Positions 8,792 to 17,742 are shown, counted from the first letter of the stretch. The stretch is 64,000 nucleotides of DNA from an archaeon (GCA_043823195.1 JBDRAZ010000102.1:307-64306); one strand, 5' to 3'. Notes: generated from the sequence alone by a model not told the origin. Numbers and translations are program-made.

Positions 8792-9778
8792 ATGGTGACA
8801 TACAACCGCGACCTTATATACCTAAGGTCAGAAAATGCGCGGATGAGCCTCAGGGAGACTGCCAACCTCCTCAGGAAAAGCCCGCAAAGGCTGAAGTACT
8901 CCATCAATGTCCTCGAGAAGGATGGGATACTTAGGCATCCTTACTGCGTATTTGACTATTCATTCTTCGGGCTGATCCTGTTCCGAGTATACTTCAAGGG
9001 GGGCTATATAAGCGAGAGGGAAAAATCAGGCATACTGGATAAGCTGCAGGCTAACCCTTATGTAGTCTCGGTCTATGAGCTCTCAGGCGAGTTTGACCTT
9101 ACAGTCGAATTCGCATCCCCAAACCCATCGAAGTTCAACAAGGAGCTCAAGAAGCTCTCAATGCTGTCTAAGACCCTGAGCGACTATAAGATTATCCTTA
9201 ACCTGGTCACGCATATCCCGCCAAGGGATTACCTGACAGCGAGGGATGAGCTTCACAGGCTCCATACTGAGAGGATTGTTGGAGGGGACAGGGAAAAAGA
9301 GGGATTCACAGCCAATGAGATGACGGTGATGAAAAACCTCCTGAACCACCCTCTTGCAAGGATGACTGGACTGGCCAAGATGTCAGGGCTCAATGTCAAG
9401 ACCACAAAATCCATGATCGCAAGCCTCACCAGAAGAAACATCATCAGGGGCTTTAAGTATAGCCTCGACAAAAACAGGCTAGGCATATACAAATTCCGCC
9501 TTTTCCTCAGGCTCCATAACCTTGCTAGTGAACGGGAGGCGGGCCTCATGGCGCACCTGCTAAAGACAAGAGAGGTCACACGGATAAACAAGACTGTCGG
9601 CGATTGGGACATGGAGGTGGACATTGAATCCTTTGAGAAGACCGGGATCAGGTACCTTATCATGCACCTGCGGGAGCAGTTCCTTGACATAATTGAGAAG
9701 TTCAACCTTATTGAATTCACTGATACCTACAAGAGGGTCTATCTCCCGAGCTTCATCTTTGAGGATGGGCATGGCTGA
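8792..9778 (+). CDS. Tandem-duplicated Lrp/AsnC-type transcriptional regulator (two HTH + ligand-domain modules)
   Basis: Module 1 is 'RMSLRETANLLRKSPQRLKYSINVLEKDGIL...'. Module 2 is 'LARMTGLAKMSGLNVKTTKSMIASLTRRNIIRGF...'. Each is followed by a RAM-like alpha/beta segment. Confidence 0.6.
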   Translation: MVTYNRDLIYLRSENARMSLRETANLLRKSPQRLKYSINVLEKDGILRHPYCVFDYSFFGLILFRVYFKGGYISEREKSGILDKLQANPYVVSVYELSGEFDLTVEFASPNPSKFNKELKKLSMLSKTLSDYKIILNLVTHIPPRDYLTARDELHRLHTERIVGGDREKEGFTANEMTVMKNLLNHPLARMTGLAKMSGLNVKTTKSMIASLTRRNIIRGFKYSLDKNRLGIYKFRLFLRLHNLASEREAGLMAHLLKTREVTRINKTVGDWDMEVDIESFEKTGIRYLIMHLREQFLDIIEKFNLIEFTDTYKRVYLPSFIFEDGHG

Positions 9779-9781
9779 AGC

Positions 9782-10528
9782 TCAGCTCCCGGCAATTTTC
9801 CATACGTTATTGAAATATGCCCTGAGGTTGTCTGCCAGGTCTTTTGAGTTTATGAGTACAGAGATTACCTGTTCGCCCCAGGATACAAGAAGGACGCGGT
9901 TGTTGCAGACCTCGATGTTTCCAGGTATGGGGAAGTCAACGTACCTCTGGTTGAGTATCTTTATTTTCTGAAAGAAGACTGATTGCCTTGATAGTCCGTT
10001 TGTTATACCTCTCATCGGGACGTTGTTCAAAAGATCCAATATGCTGAAATAGAACAGGTCAGATTCCCTGGCGTATCTTTTCTTATGGATGTAGAAGAAC
10101 AGAAGCTCGCTGCCCCCCTCTTTGACCAGCAGTTTTTCATAGGCGGTCTTCAGGCCTTTTTTGCCGACAAAAACCTCTGCTTCGGGCTTTTCAGAAATCT
10201 CCTGGAAGCTTTCGAGCTGAGGCAGGATCTCCTTCAGTGTAGTCTTCTGGGTCGCGAGCTCATCCTCCTTTTTCTTCAGGTAGCCAATAAGGTTGCGCGG
10301 GCTTGCTGCCTGGAAGTATTTTGTCTTGCTTTTTACTATGAAGCTGACGATCCCCTTTCCAATGAGCCGGTTCAATATTTCGTAGATATTGGAGTATGCA
10401 ACACCTGACTCCTTGACTACAGGGCCGACTGTGCTTGACCCGATCTTGGAGAGGGCAAGATAGACCTTTGCCTCGCCCTCTGTTAATCCGATCCTTGTCA
10501 GGTCATGAACTGTATCCATGGCGATCAT
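9782..10528 (-). CDS. TrmB-family transcriptional regulator
   Basis: N-terminal wHTH 'LTEGEAKVYLALSKIGSSTVGPVVKESGVAYSNIYEILNRLIGKGIVSF' followed by a coiled coil and an effector-like domain. Confidence 0.8.
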   Translation of the reverse strand: MIAMDTVHDLTRIGLTEGEAKVYLALSKIGSSTVGPVVKESGVAYSNIYEILNRLIGKGIVSFIVKSKTKYFQAASPRNLIGYLKKKEDELATQKTTLKEILPQLESFQEISEKPEAEVFVGKKGLKTAYEKLLVKEGGSELLFFYIHKKRYARESDLFYFSILDLLNNVPMRGITNGLSRQSVFFQKIKILNQRYVDFPIPGNIEVCNNRVLLVSWGEQVISVLINSKDLADNLRAYFNNVWKIAGS

Positions 10529-10632
10529 TGGGCTTCCATCTTATTTAAGCTTTACGATTATATACCCTGTACGGGGGAGATAATAATTATATTATGTAGT
10601 TCCTCAATGATAGTAACAAGGAGGTAATTCAA

Positions 10633-11217
10633 ATGAAAGGAAGAACAATTGCACTTTTGACGTGGCTTGCTGCAAAGGCAGTCTTTGCAGGCAATTCAGT
10701 CGAGGTTTCGGGAAATCAGGATTCGCATACAATTGATACAAAGACAGACGGAAGCATAGGGAGATTTGGCTATGCTGGAAGGCATCAGGCCGCAACAAAT
10801 AACGGAGAGACTGAACACTTCTCGCTGGTTGATGCAACATACCCAATAGGCTACGGAGTAGACGCAGTCGTTGAGGCGCAGTATACTGACAAGCCAGTGG
10901 CCAGGGCGGGCCTGCAGCACCTGGGAGAATGGAAAACGGTGCTGGGAACGTTTGGCCAGTACACATTGCTTACCTCGCAGATGGACGGATCACTTGAGCT
11001 CCTGACAGACACAAGCCTGAGTGGAATACCGCACTGCCCTGTGGATGCAAGGCTTGAGACAATAACCAATCCGAACATGCGGACCAGGAAGCTCAGAATT
11101 GGACGTGAGTTCAGGGGTGTGGAAATGGGCTACGGAAGGGACAGTGTTTGGCTGAAGGGCGAAGATGAAGACTTTAAGGACCTGCAGCATGTGGTGTACG
11201 GGTCAAAATCGTTTTGA
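10633..11217 (+). CDS. Secreted beta-rich hypothetical protein (paralog of 61301..61867)
   Basis: Signal peptide 'MKGRTIALLTWLAAKAVFAGNS'. GGAGGT Shine-Dalgarno 7 nt upstream. Shares blocks 'FSLVDATY' and 'VVEAQY' with the 61301 ORF ('FSLMDLSY', 'FAEPVY'). Confidence 0.6.
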   Translation: MKGRTIALLTWLAAKAVFAGNSVEVSGNQDSHTIDTKTDGSIGRFGYAGRHQAATNNGETEHFSLVDATYPIGYGVDAVVEAQYTDKPVARAGLQHLGEWKTVLGTFGQYTLLTSQMDGSLELLTDTSLSGIPHCPVDARLETITNPNMRTRKLRIGREFRGVEMGYGRDSVWLKGEDEDFKDLQHVVYGSKSF

Positions 11218-11221
11218 TTTT

Positions 11222-12160
11222 TTATGTCGGGTTGTTGGCTGCTGTGTCATTAATCATGAAATGGTACAGCTGATCAGCCATCATCTGGTGCATCAGCGGG
11301 CTGGGGTGGTAGTTGGAGAGCGAGAGTCCATTTTCCAGGCCGTGGTTATCGAATACCAGGCAGCGCCACCTCATCCCGGTGCAGATTCCCTCCAGCCGGC
11401 TAGTGTATTCAGGATTATCTTGTATAATGTATATGATTACACCGAACTTATTGGCTGTGGCAAGCACTTCAAGCTGTTCCAGGGCATTTTTCACCGGCCC
11501 TAACTGTTCATCATAAGTCATGGATGCCATCTTCTTATCCCATGCGCCATTAACCGCCCCCCATATTTTGTCGGTTATTTCAAGCGACAGTGTGGAGGCA
11601 TCCGTTCCCCTGCGCAGCCAAAGGGGTTTAGAAAACTTGCCTGACAGCTCGCTATATTTGCTTTTCAGAAAAGTATGATTCGTGACATCATTTGTCAAAA
11701 AGGCAACAACAACCAAATCCGGATTATACTTCAATCCAACAGATTCAAGCATAGTGACCTCTTCTTCGGTATCGTAACCGGTAACACCAAAATTCAGGAC
11801 TTCATATCTGTGCCCAAGCCTTGATTCCAGTATTTTTGGAAAGGTTTCATTTGAATGGACACCCAAGCCGAAAGTGTATGAATCGCCCAGCACGATGATT
11901 CTTTCCTTGCCTGCCGGCCTGCCAACAGTATAGTTTTTATCCCTGAAACCGTCTGAATTGACCGCATAATGGATAACACGTCCATCTATTACTTCACTTG
12001 CCTCAAAATCAGGCTCCAGGCAGTTGCTAAGAGGAACATAGAAGGGACGTATTACTAGGGTTTCCTTATGGTGGGTCCTGGCAAAGACCACGGCCACAAC
12101 GCTGCAGCATGCTAACAGATTAACAATTATCAGCACGGTACCCAGCAACTTAACTGACAT
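11222..12160 (-). CDS. SGNH/GDSL-family hydrolase with N-terminal membrane anchor
   Basis: 'LLGTVLIIVNLLACCSVVAVVF' anchor. Block I 'IIVLGDSYTFG', block II 'LNFGVTGYDT' and 'VVVAFLTNDV'. Confidence 0.75.
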   Translation of the reverse strand: MSVKLLGTVLIIVNLLACCSVVAVVFARTHHKETLVIRPFYVPLSNCLEPDFEASEVIDGRVIHYAVNSDGFRDKNYTVGRPAGKERIIVLGDSYTFGLGVHSNETFPKILESRLGHRYEVLNFGVTGYDTEEEVTMLESVGLKYNPDLVVVAFLTNDVTNHTFLKSKYSELSGKFSKPLWLRRGTDASTLSLEITDKIWGAVNGAWDKKMASMTYDEQLGPVKNALEQLEVLATANKFGVIIYIIQDNPEYTSRLEGICTGMRWRCLVFDNHGLENGLSLSNYHPSPLMHQMMADQLYHFMINDTAANNPT

Positions 12161-12195
12161 TTGTTACCCTTCCATTGTACCATTAATGAAACTTC

Positions 12196-13254
12196 CTAAT
12201 GCCGGATCATGGACCTGATTTTCCCGGCAAAAATGCCCAGGTCAAACTCCCTGGCCCTTATTTCACAGGCTCTCCTGAATTTTCGCGGATCAGTAAGATG
12301 TCCAACCCCCTTAACAATCGACTCCGCATCGGGCTTTACAAGGAGTCCAGTTTCCGTTGTTACAGTCTCTTTGTAGCCCCCTTCATCAACAGCCAGAACA
12401 GGCTTTCCTGAGGCCATTGCCTCAAGGACAGTCATGCCGAAATCCTCATCCTTTGCAGTTGAGATGAATGCTTTGCAGTTTGTATAAAGGTCAATGAGCT
12501 TTTTCTCACTGACTGTTCCCAAGCATGTAATGTTTGAGGGAAGGTTTGCCATGATCTTTCTGCTATAGCGTTCAGAATGATCACCCTCTGCAAATCCGCC
12601 GACAATGACAAGCTTATCTTTTGTTCTCCTGAAGGCCTCTACCTGCAGCTCCAGCCGCTTGGCAGGATAAATCCTGGTTACCGAAAGCCAGAAATCACCG
12701 TTTTTCCTGTATTTGTACTTGGAGCAGTCAACAAAGGGATGGATGATTATGCTATTTCTTTTGTAGTACTGTTTAATGCGCTTTTGTGTGGTTTTTGAAT
12801 TTGCAATCCAATTGTCAATATGCCTGATATTGCTTTCCAGCACGGGCCGGAACACCCTTACCCATGCAATGAACGCGAGTCGCTTATGGACCGGCAGCGC
12901 ATGAAGAAAATGATCGTAAAGATCATAGAATTCCCTCACGGGCGTATGGCAGTAGCAGAGGTTCGGGTGATGCCTCTTTGCAGCAAAGAGTGTCCAGTTG
13001 CCTGAGAAGATGCAGAAGTCATATCTGAACCTGGCCCTGGAGAAGAGATAGGCTGCATGCATCTGCTTTAGCGGCGGGATCTGAAGGGTGTTGCCAAGAC
13101 AGATTACTCTGGCTTTGCAGCCCAGTTTTCTTATCAGGGCCCCCTCGTAGTTGGTTGTAATAATGTCAGCTTTAAGCGCCTCTGCAAGGGCCAGGACAAG
13201 CCGCTCTCCACCTCCCAGGACATCCAGGTAGTTGTGAAAGATGGCAACCCTCAT
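12196..13254 (-). CDS. GT4-family glycosyltransferase
   Basis: E-x7-E region 'EDFGMTVLEAMASGKPVLAVDEGG'. ATGA-type overlap with the upstream GT4 gene. Confidence 0.8.
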   Translation of the reverse strand: MRVAIFHNYLDVLGGGERLVLALAEALKADIITTNYEGALIRKLGCKARVICLGNTLQIPPLKQMHAAYLFSRARFRYDFCIFSGNWTLFAAKRHHPNLCYCHTPVREFYDLYDHFLHALPVHKRLAFIAWVRVFRPVLESNIRHIDNWIANSKTTQKRIKQYYKRNSIIIHPFVDCSKYKYRKNGDFWLSVTRIYPAKRLELQVEAFRRTKDKLVIVGGFAEGDHSERYSRKIMANLPSNITCLGTVSEKKLIDLYTNCKAFISTAKDEDFGMTVLEAMASGKPVLAVDEGGYKETVTTETGLLVKPDAESIVKGVGHLTDPRKFRRACEIRAREFDLGIFAGKIRSMIRH

Positions 13255-14327
13255 AGCAGGCTCCTGTAATATGTTTCAATATTATTTACTGCCTCTTTTA
13301 TGTCAAACGACTGTGCAATCCGGTATGATTTCCCGCCCAACTGCTTGCGTTTTTTTATGGCAGAGAGAATCGCTGAGGCAATAGCTGATGCATTCAGCCT
13401 GCATATAAAACCGTTGCCTCTGACAAGATCCTTGGCCGCGTTGCCGGGATGGTCAACTGTGACAATTGGCAAGCCGCAGGCCATGGCCTCAAGAGTTGTG
13501 ATGCTGAAACCTTCCCGTGCAGATGGAAGGACGAACACCCTGGAGCCCTTGAGAAAGGAGTAGAGCTTATCTTGCGGCAGAAATGGCCTGAAAGTGACCT
13601 TTGATGATATCCTTTTCAGTCTTGCCAGTTCGGGGCCCTCGCCGATGACTGTGCATGTTACCTTGTGCTTTTTGCTTAGGACTTCAACAGCATCAATCAG
13701 CAGTTCAATGTTCTTTTCGCGGATAAGCCTTCCAACAAAGACAACATCACTTCCTTTGGCAGGAGAGACCGAGTCAATCTGTTTACAGTTGATAAAATTG
13801 GACAGGACAACCGGCGTCTTGCCGCTCTTCCTCAGTTTGCCTGCTGTTGTTTTGGAGACTGCGGCGTTATTCTCTGACAACATGAGAACAAGCCTCTCAA
13901 CAAATCTGCCAAAAGGCGACACCGGTCCCTGTTGTTTCCAATTATCGCCCCACAGTTCATGCCAGGTGAGGACCAACGGAACCCTTTTAATCATTGAGTA
14001 TGCCCTGCACACAAAGAACGGGAAATAGGGGAAGTTCTGGCAGTCGATCAGGTCGTAATCCTCTTTGAAAATTTTCAGAAGTGATAGTGAATAGACCAGA
14101 GGCTGGATAAGGGACCTCCGCCCATCCGCATAAATATCCATAGCCCTGCAGACGCCGTGGTAGTGCACGCCGCCTTCAACCATGTCATCCCCGCCCGGCC
14201 AGTACTTCATGCCGTAGATATGGACGTCGTGCCTGTCAGAAAGCGCCGCTGCAAGGTCATGTACCCTTTTTTCAACTCCCCCCTTTACATAGGGATATAT
14301 AACGTCATAGACAAGGGCAATCTTCAT
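13251..14327 (-). CDS. GT4-family glycosyltransferase
   Basis: 'GGVEKRVHDLA' N-terminal motif and 'REGFSITTLEAMACGLPIVTVDHPGN' C-terminal motif. Confidence 0.8.
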   Translation of the reverse strand: MKIALVYDVIYPYVKGGVEKRVHDLAAALSDRHDVHIYGMKYWPGGDDMVEGGVHYHGVCRAMDIYADGRRSLIQPLVYSLSLLKIFKEDYDLIDCQNFPYFPFFVCRAYSMIKRVPLVLTWHELWGDNWKQQGPVSPFGRFVERLVLMLSENNAAVSKTTAGKLRKSGKTPVVLSNFINCKQIDSVSPAKGSDVVFVGRLIREKNIELLIDAVEVLSKKHKVTCTVIGEGPELARLKRISSKVTFRPFLPQDKLYSFLKGSRVFVLPSAREGFSITTLEAMACGLPIVTVDHPGNAAKDLVRGNGFICRLNASAIASAILSAIKKRKQLGGKSYRIAQSFDIKEAVNNIETYYRSLL

Positions 14328-14371
14328 CAGTGCAGAGGAATGTCCAGAGATATATAATAATTACCTAGAAA

Positions 14372-14950
14372 TCAGTATCTGCCTGCCCGATTGACTGCCA
14401 CAGGGCCATTCAGATCAAGAGTGCTTATGGCATAGATATCCCCTTTCCGGGGCGTTAGCCTTCTGAGCATCATTGACTGCGCTGCGACTTCCCCGGTCCC
14501 ATCTGCCGGGCCTTCCACAACCAGCCTTCCGTGCGACATGCTTATCCCGGGATAATGCCCGCCCCGGTATTCGAGAGAATATCCGGATTCCTGCCTGAGG
14601 ATCTGCCACCATGCCCGGACAGCCAGGGATTGGCTGCGCGATTCAGGGGCGCCAGGCCCGGACAGCTCATCAAGCGCGCCCTCGGCGATATCAGATAGCC
14701 TGAGATCCGGAACCAGGCCGCCGTTCCCGTCAGAATAGCTGTGAACAATGTACGCGGGGTGTGACCGAGCAATGTCAGCCAGGTGACCGGTTATCTCTTC
14801 CAGCATCAGAAACCTGTCATTCCTCAGCGGGCCCACCTCTACAGGGACCGGGTCCTCAATCTGGAGGCTCCAGAAGCTGTGAGGGTGTTTCGGCATATGG
14901 AGTAGGACCATGTGCTCTATCGGCGTCTCGACAATATCAACCCTTTGCAT
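14372..14950 (-). CDS. Hypothetical protein (no family recognised)
   Basis: Uninterrupted 192-codon ORF that fills the gap between flanking genes. It looks more GC-rich by eye than its neighbours. No motif recognised. Confidence 0.45.
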   Translation of the reverse strand: MQRVDIVETPIEHMVLLHMPKHPHSFWSLQIEDPVPVEVGPLRNDRFLMLEEITGHLADIARSHPAYIVHSYSDGNGGLVPDLRLSDIAEGALDELSGPGAPESRSQSLAVRAWWQILRQESGYSLEYRGGHYPGISMSHGRLVVEGPADGTGEVAAQSMMLRRLTPRKGDIYAISTLDLNGPVAVNRAGRY

Positions 14951-15000
14951 GTATGCCGGGTTTTAGTGCACAAATATAAAGTTTGCTATGGGGGAGTGGT

Positions 15001-15732
15001 CTATTTGTTCAGCTTTTTAAAGAAACCAATCAAGGCAAATGCTTCCCTTTTTGTTAGGAAGGATTTTCCGATAATGCGCTTCCAGACCCTTTTCTGGGTC
15101 TCCTTTTTGTCAGCTGTCGTGAACTGAAGCGTGTCCAGGACGCGGCTGATGTTGTTTTCAAGGATTCTCTTGTCTGTTGCTGTTGCTGACTCAATGTGCT
15201 CATTTGATTTTTTCTTTCCTGAATGCTTGAAGATCTCATAGAATATTATCTGGGCTGCATGGCTGATGTTGAGTGTGGGGTATTTGAGAGATGCAGGTAT
15301 TGTGACAACAAGGTCGCATAGCCGGATTTCCTCATTTGTCAGGCCCATTCCCTCCCTGCCGAGAAGGATTCCGGTTTTTGCAGAAGATTTTGAGAGCTTC
15401 TTTCCAAGGTCTTCAGGTGTGATCGGGCAGCGCGGTATGTTGTAGTCTGTCCCGATCTTTGCGGTTGTGCCGACCAGGGTGTCAAAGCGATCCAGAAAGC
15501 TGAAGTCCCTGACCTTAGCCATTTTCAGGATGTCTTTGCCGTGCTTTGCCCTGGCGACCGCCGTTTCATCAAGACTGCATCTCGGATTGACCAAAATGAG
15601 CTTTGAGAGGTCAAAGTTCTTCATGGCCCGGGCAACAGCACCGATATTTCCCGGGTTTTCCGGTTCAATAAGTATAACCGATATCATTAAGGAACCTGGC
15701 AAATTCTGGTATTGTGAGGAAGAAGTCTTCAC
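15001..15732 (-). CDS. SPOUT (SpoU/TrmJ-like) RNA 2'-O-methyltransferase
   Basis: 'ILIEPENPGNIGAVARAMKNF', 'LLGREGMGLTNEE' and 'IPASLKYPTLNISHAAQIIFYE'. An internal Met at 15687 is an alternative start. Confidence 0.8.
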   Translation of the reverse strand: MKTSSSQYQNLPGSLMISVILIEPENPGNIGAVARAMKNFDLSKLILVNPRCSLDETAVARAKHGKDILKMAKVRDFSFLDRFDTLVGTTAKIGTDYNIPRCPITPEDLGKKLSKSSAKTGILLGREGMGLTNEEIRLCDLVVTIPASLKYPTLNISHAAQIIFYEIFKHSGKKKSNEHIESATATDKRILENNISRVLDTLQFTTADKKETQKRVWKRIIGKSFLTKREAFALIGFFKKLNK

Positions 15733-16051
15733 CCATCATGACATCAAGGGCGGTGACAGGCAATCCCCTCCTGCAGGTGTACGGCATAGGGCCGCGGTTG
15801 TCGAGTTCAATTTGTGTAAGGCCTTTAAGCTGAGCTGCAACGCATCTGCTGTGGCCATCGCCCCTTAAGACATAGCCAGACCCATCTTGATAAGCAGGAA
15901 CAGGGTCGGTCCAGCCACTATAAAGGCAATTCAGAACCTGACCGGCCAGCACGATATCCTGCTTCACATTCGGCGAATTTGTTGCATATATTCTGTCCAG
16001 CGGTATCAGCATGAATGGGTGCAAAGGCGTCATATTTTTAAAGATTGGCAT
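15665..16051 (-). CDS. ParB-like nuclease-domain protein (tentative)
   Basis: 'LIPLDRIYATN...' followed by 'GSGYVLRGDGHSRCVAAQLKGLTQIEL'. This resembles the ParB/sulfiredoxin N-terminal pattern (..y.i.dG.HR..A....G...i). It overlaps the start of the downstream methyltransferase. Confidence 0.4.
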   Translation of the reverse strand: MPIFKNMTPLHPFMLIPLDRIYATNSPNVKQDIVLAGQVLNCLYSGWTDPVPAYQDGSGYVLRGDGHSRCVAAQLKGLTQIELDNRGPMPYTCRRGLPVTALDVMMGEDFFLTIPEFARFLNDIGYTY

Positions 16052-16067
16052 ATTTTTCCCATTTTTC

Positions 16068-16223
16068 GGGGCTGTAGTGTAACTTGGCTATCATCCCACA
16101 TTCGGGGTGTGGTGATCTGGGTTCAAAACAGATTTTACTAAAATCTGGTAAAAGGTGCTCAAGTGAGACATAAAGTCTCACGGACCTACCAAAGTAGGAT
16201 CTGTGAAAGTCCCAGCAGCCCCA
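16068..16223 (+). tRNA. tRNA-Pro: tRNA-Pro (anticodon CGG) interrupted by an ~82-nt intron in the T-loop
   Basis: 5' half at 16068-16127:
- acceptor 5' strand GGGGCTG
- D arm GTGT/TCAT
- anticodon arm CCACA-TTCGGGG-TGTGG
- T-stem 5' strand CTGGG plus TTCAAA

The matching T-stem 3' strand CCCAG, acceptor 3' strand CAGCCCC and discriminator A lie at 16211-16223. Confidence 0.7.
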
Positions 16224-16250
16224 TATTTATGATAGAAATCCTCGGTCACT

Positions 16251-16274
16251 CCCTGCCATAAAGGCAGGGGTTTT
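16251..16274 (+). terminator. Hairpin plus T-tract downstream of tRNA-Pro
   Basis: CCCTGCC-ATAAA-GGCAGGG (7-bp stem) followed by GTTTT. Confidence 0.35.
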
Positions 16275-16381
16275 AAACCCAGCAAGTCTGGCGACATTCT
16301 TTAGCATAAGACTTAGAGCCCAAAATTTGAGATATTAGGCAGCCACAATGGCCTTGTTGCGGTGTGAAGGGCATTACGGGA

Positions 16382-17578
16382 TCATTTCAGATAGCTGAAC
16401 GGGTTTCCAATATAGGTCGTTGCAAGGCCGAATAGCACCAGGGCCAGGAAGAAGAATGACGTGAACAGCCACAGCCTGTTGGCCTTTTCTTTCCCTGCAA
16501 CGCGCTCAAGGAATGTCTTCTGTATCCGGCCGCCATCAACGATAGCGAGCGGCAACAGGTTAAACAGGCCGATGAAGATGTTCAGGAGGACGATCCACCG
16601 GAACAGGTCTTTGGTCCAGTAGTAAGGGTGCTTTAGCATATTGTATTGCGGCTTTACGCGCCGCTCATTCCGGAAATTCTGGATGCCCACTATGCCGCGG
16701 CCGCCTACATCCTGAGTCTGAAGCGCATAGGTAGTGCCATTGGCAGTCAGCGTTATTGTGTCGCCTGGCTCTGCGCAGTAGTACATTTCCTGGAGAAACG
16801 GGGTTGCGTCAGTCAGTTCCTCGCCGTTAAAGGCGGTTATAACCATTCCGTTCTGCATGCCTGCCCTTGCCGCAGGAAGCGTATCGTTTGTCAGGTCAAA
16901 GGAAAAGCCTATCGGCTCAGTTATCCTGTTTTCAAGCGGGCCAAGCGTTGTCGGGTCGCGAACATACGGAAGGGCCATGAGGAGGATTATCCCCACCAGG
17001 ATGTTTACCATGGGGCCGGCAGCAAAGATTGAGTACTTAACTATGTCAGCCTGCTTTTCCAGCTTTTTTTCATCCGGCTCAACAAAAGCAGCAGGGATTA
17101 TAGGGAGGAAAATGGAGAAAAATGCAATTCCCGAGGATTTGATGGGAATGCCGTGGGCCCTTGCGACGATTCCATGGCCGAACTCGTGGATAAGCGCCAG
17201 GAAAAAGATTGCGATAATCCAGTGGAAAAAGGAGAGATAGCCGATGCCGGGGACATGGGTGAAGGGAAGAACAAAGGAGAAGCCTGATGCTGCCGAGGGA
17301 GTCTTGATGAGATTCCAGATGAGCGCGAGAATGCTGTATGAGATCAGAATCATCCCGGTAACGCCCAGCCCAATGAAACAGTAGCCGGCGAACTTAACAA
17401 ACTCGCGGTATTTGCCGGCACAGCGATCCATGAATCCCAGGCCGAAGTTGCTCTTGTAGAGAATCATGTAGAAGAGCGGATAGACTAGCTTCTGGAGCAC
17501 TATGTTCTTTCGATGCAGATAGGTGAAAATAGCAAGAAAAAGCACAAAGCCAATGGCTGCCACTACCTGCAAATCCAT
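16382..17578 (-). CDS. Site-2 protease (M50 family membrane metalloprotease with PDZ domain)
   Basis: 'HEFGHGIVARAHG' (HExxH) and 'FNLLPLAIVDGGR' (NxxPxxxxDG). Several TM segments and a central PDZ-like segment. Confidence 0.85.
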   Translation of the reverse strand: MDLQVVAAIGFVLFLAIFTYLHRKNIVLQKLVYPLFYMILYKSNFGLGFMDRCAGKYREFVKFAGYCFIGLGVTGMILISYSILALIWNLIKTPSAASGFSFVLPFTHVPGIGYLSFFHWIIAIFFLALIHEFGHGIVARAHGIPIKSSGIAFFSIFLPIIPAAFVEPDEKKLEKQADIVKYSIFAAGPMVNILVGIILLMALPYVRDPTTLGPLENRITEPIGFSFDLTNDTLPAARAGMQNGMVITAFNGEELTDATPFLQEMYYCAEPGDTITLTANGTTYALQTQDVGGRGIVGIQNFRNERRVKPQYNMLKHPYYWTKDLFRWIVLLNIFIGLFNLLPLAIVDGGRIQKTFLERVAGKEKANRLWLFTSFFFLALVLFGLATTYIGNPFSYLK

Positions 17579-17579
17579 T

Positions 17580-17741
17580 TTATTTCTTTCTTACGGGTCT
17601 CAGGACACGGCTGCCGCATTTCCTGCATTCAATCTTTCCTTCCGCAACCTTTAGGCTGGACGCCTTTATCCTGGACTGGCATTTCCTGCATACAAAGAAG
17701 TTGTGCAGAAACCTAGCCTCAGCTTCAGGGAATTTTGCCAT
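17580..17741 (-). CDS. rpl40e: 50S ribosomal protein L40e (53 aa, not in the supplied ORF track)
   Basis: My translation is MAKFPEAEARFLHNFFVCRKCQSRIKASSLKVAEGKIECRKCGSRVLRPVRKK. It has the Cys4 zinc-ribbon pattern CxxC...CxxC and a basic tail typical of L40e. The start lies 1 nt after the aIF5A stop, and the stop lies 1 nt before the site-2 protease start. Confidence 0.75.
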   Translation of the reverse strand: MAKFPEAEARFLHNFFVCRKCQSRIKASSLKVAEGKIECRKCGSRVLRPVRKK

Positions 17742-17742
17742 A

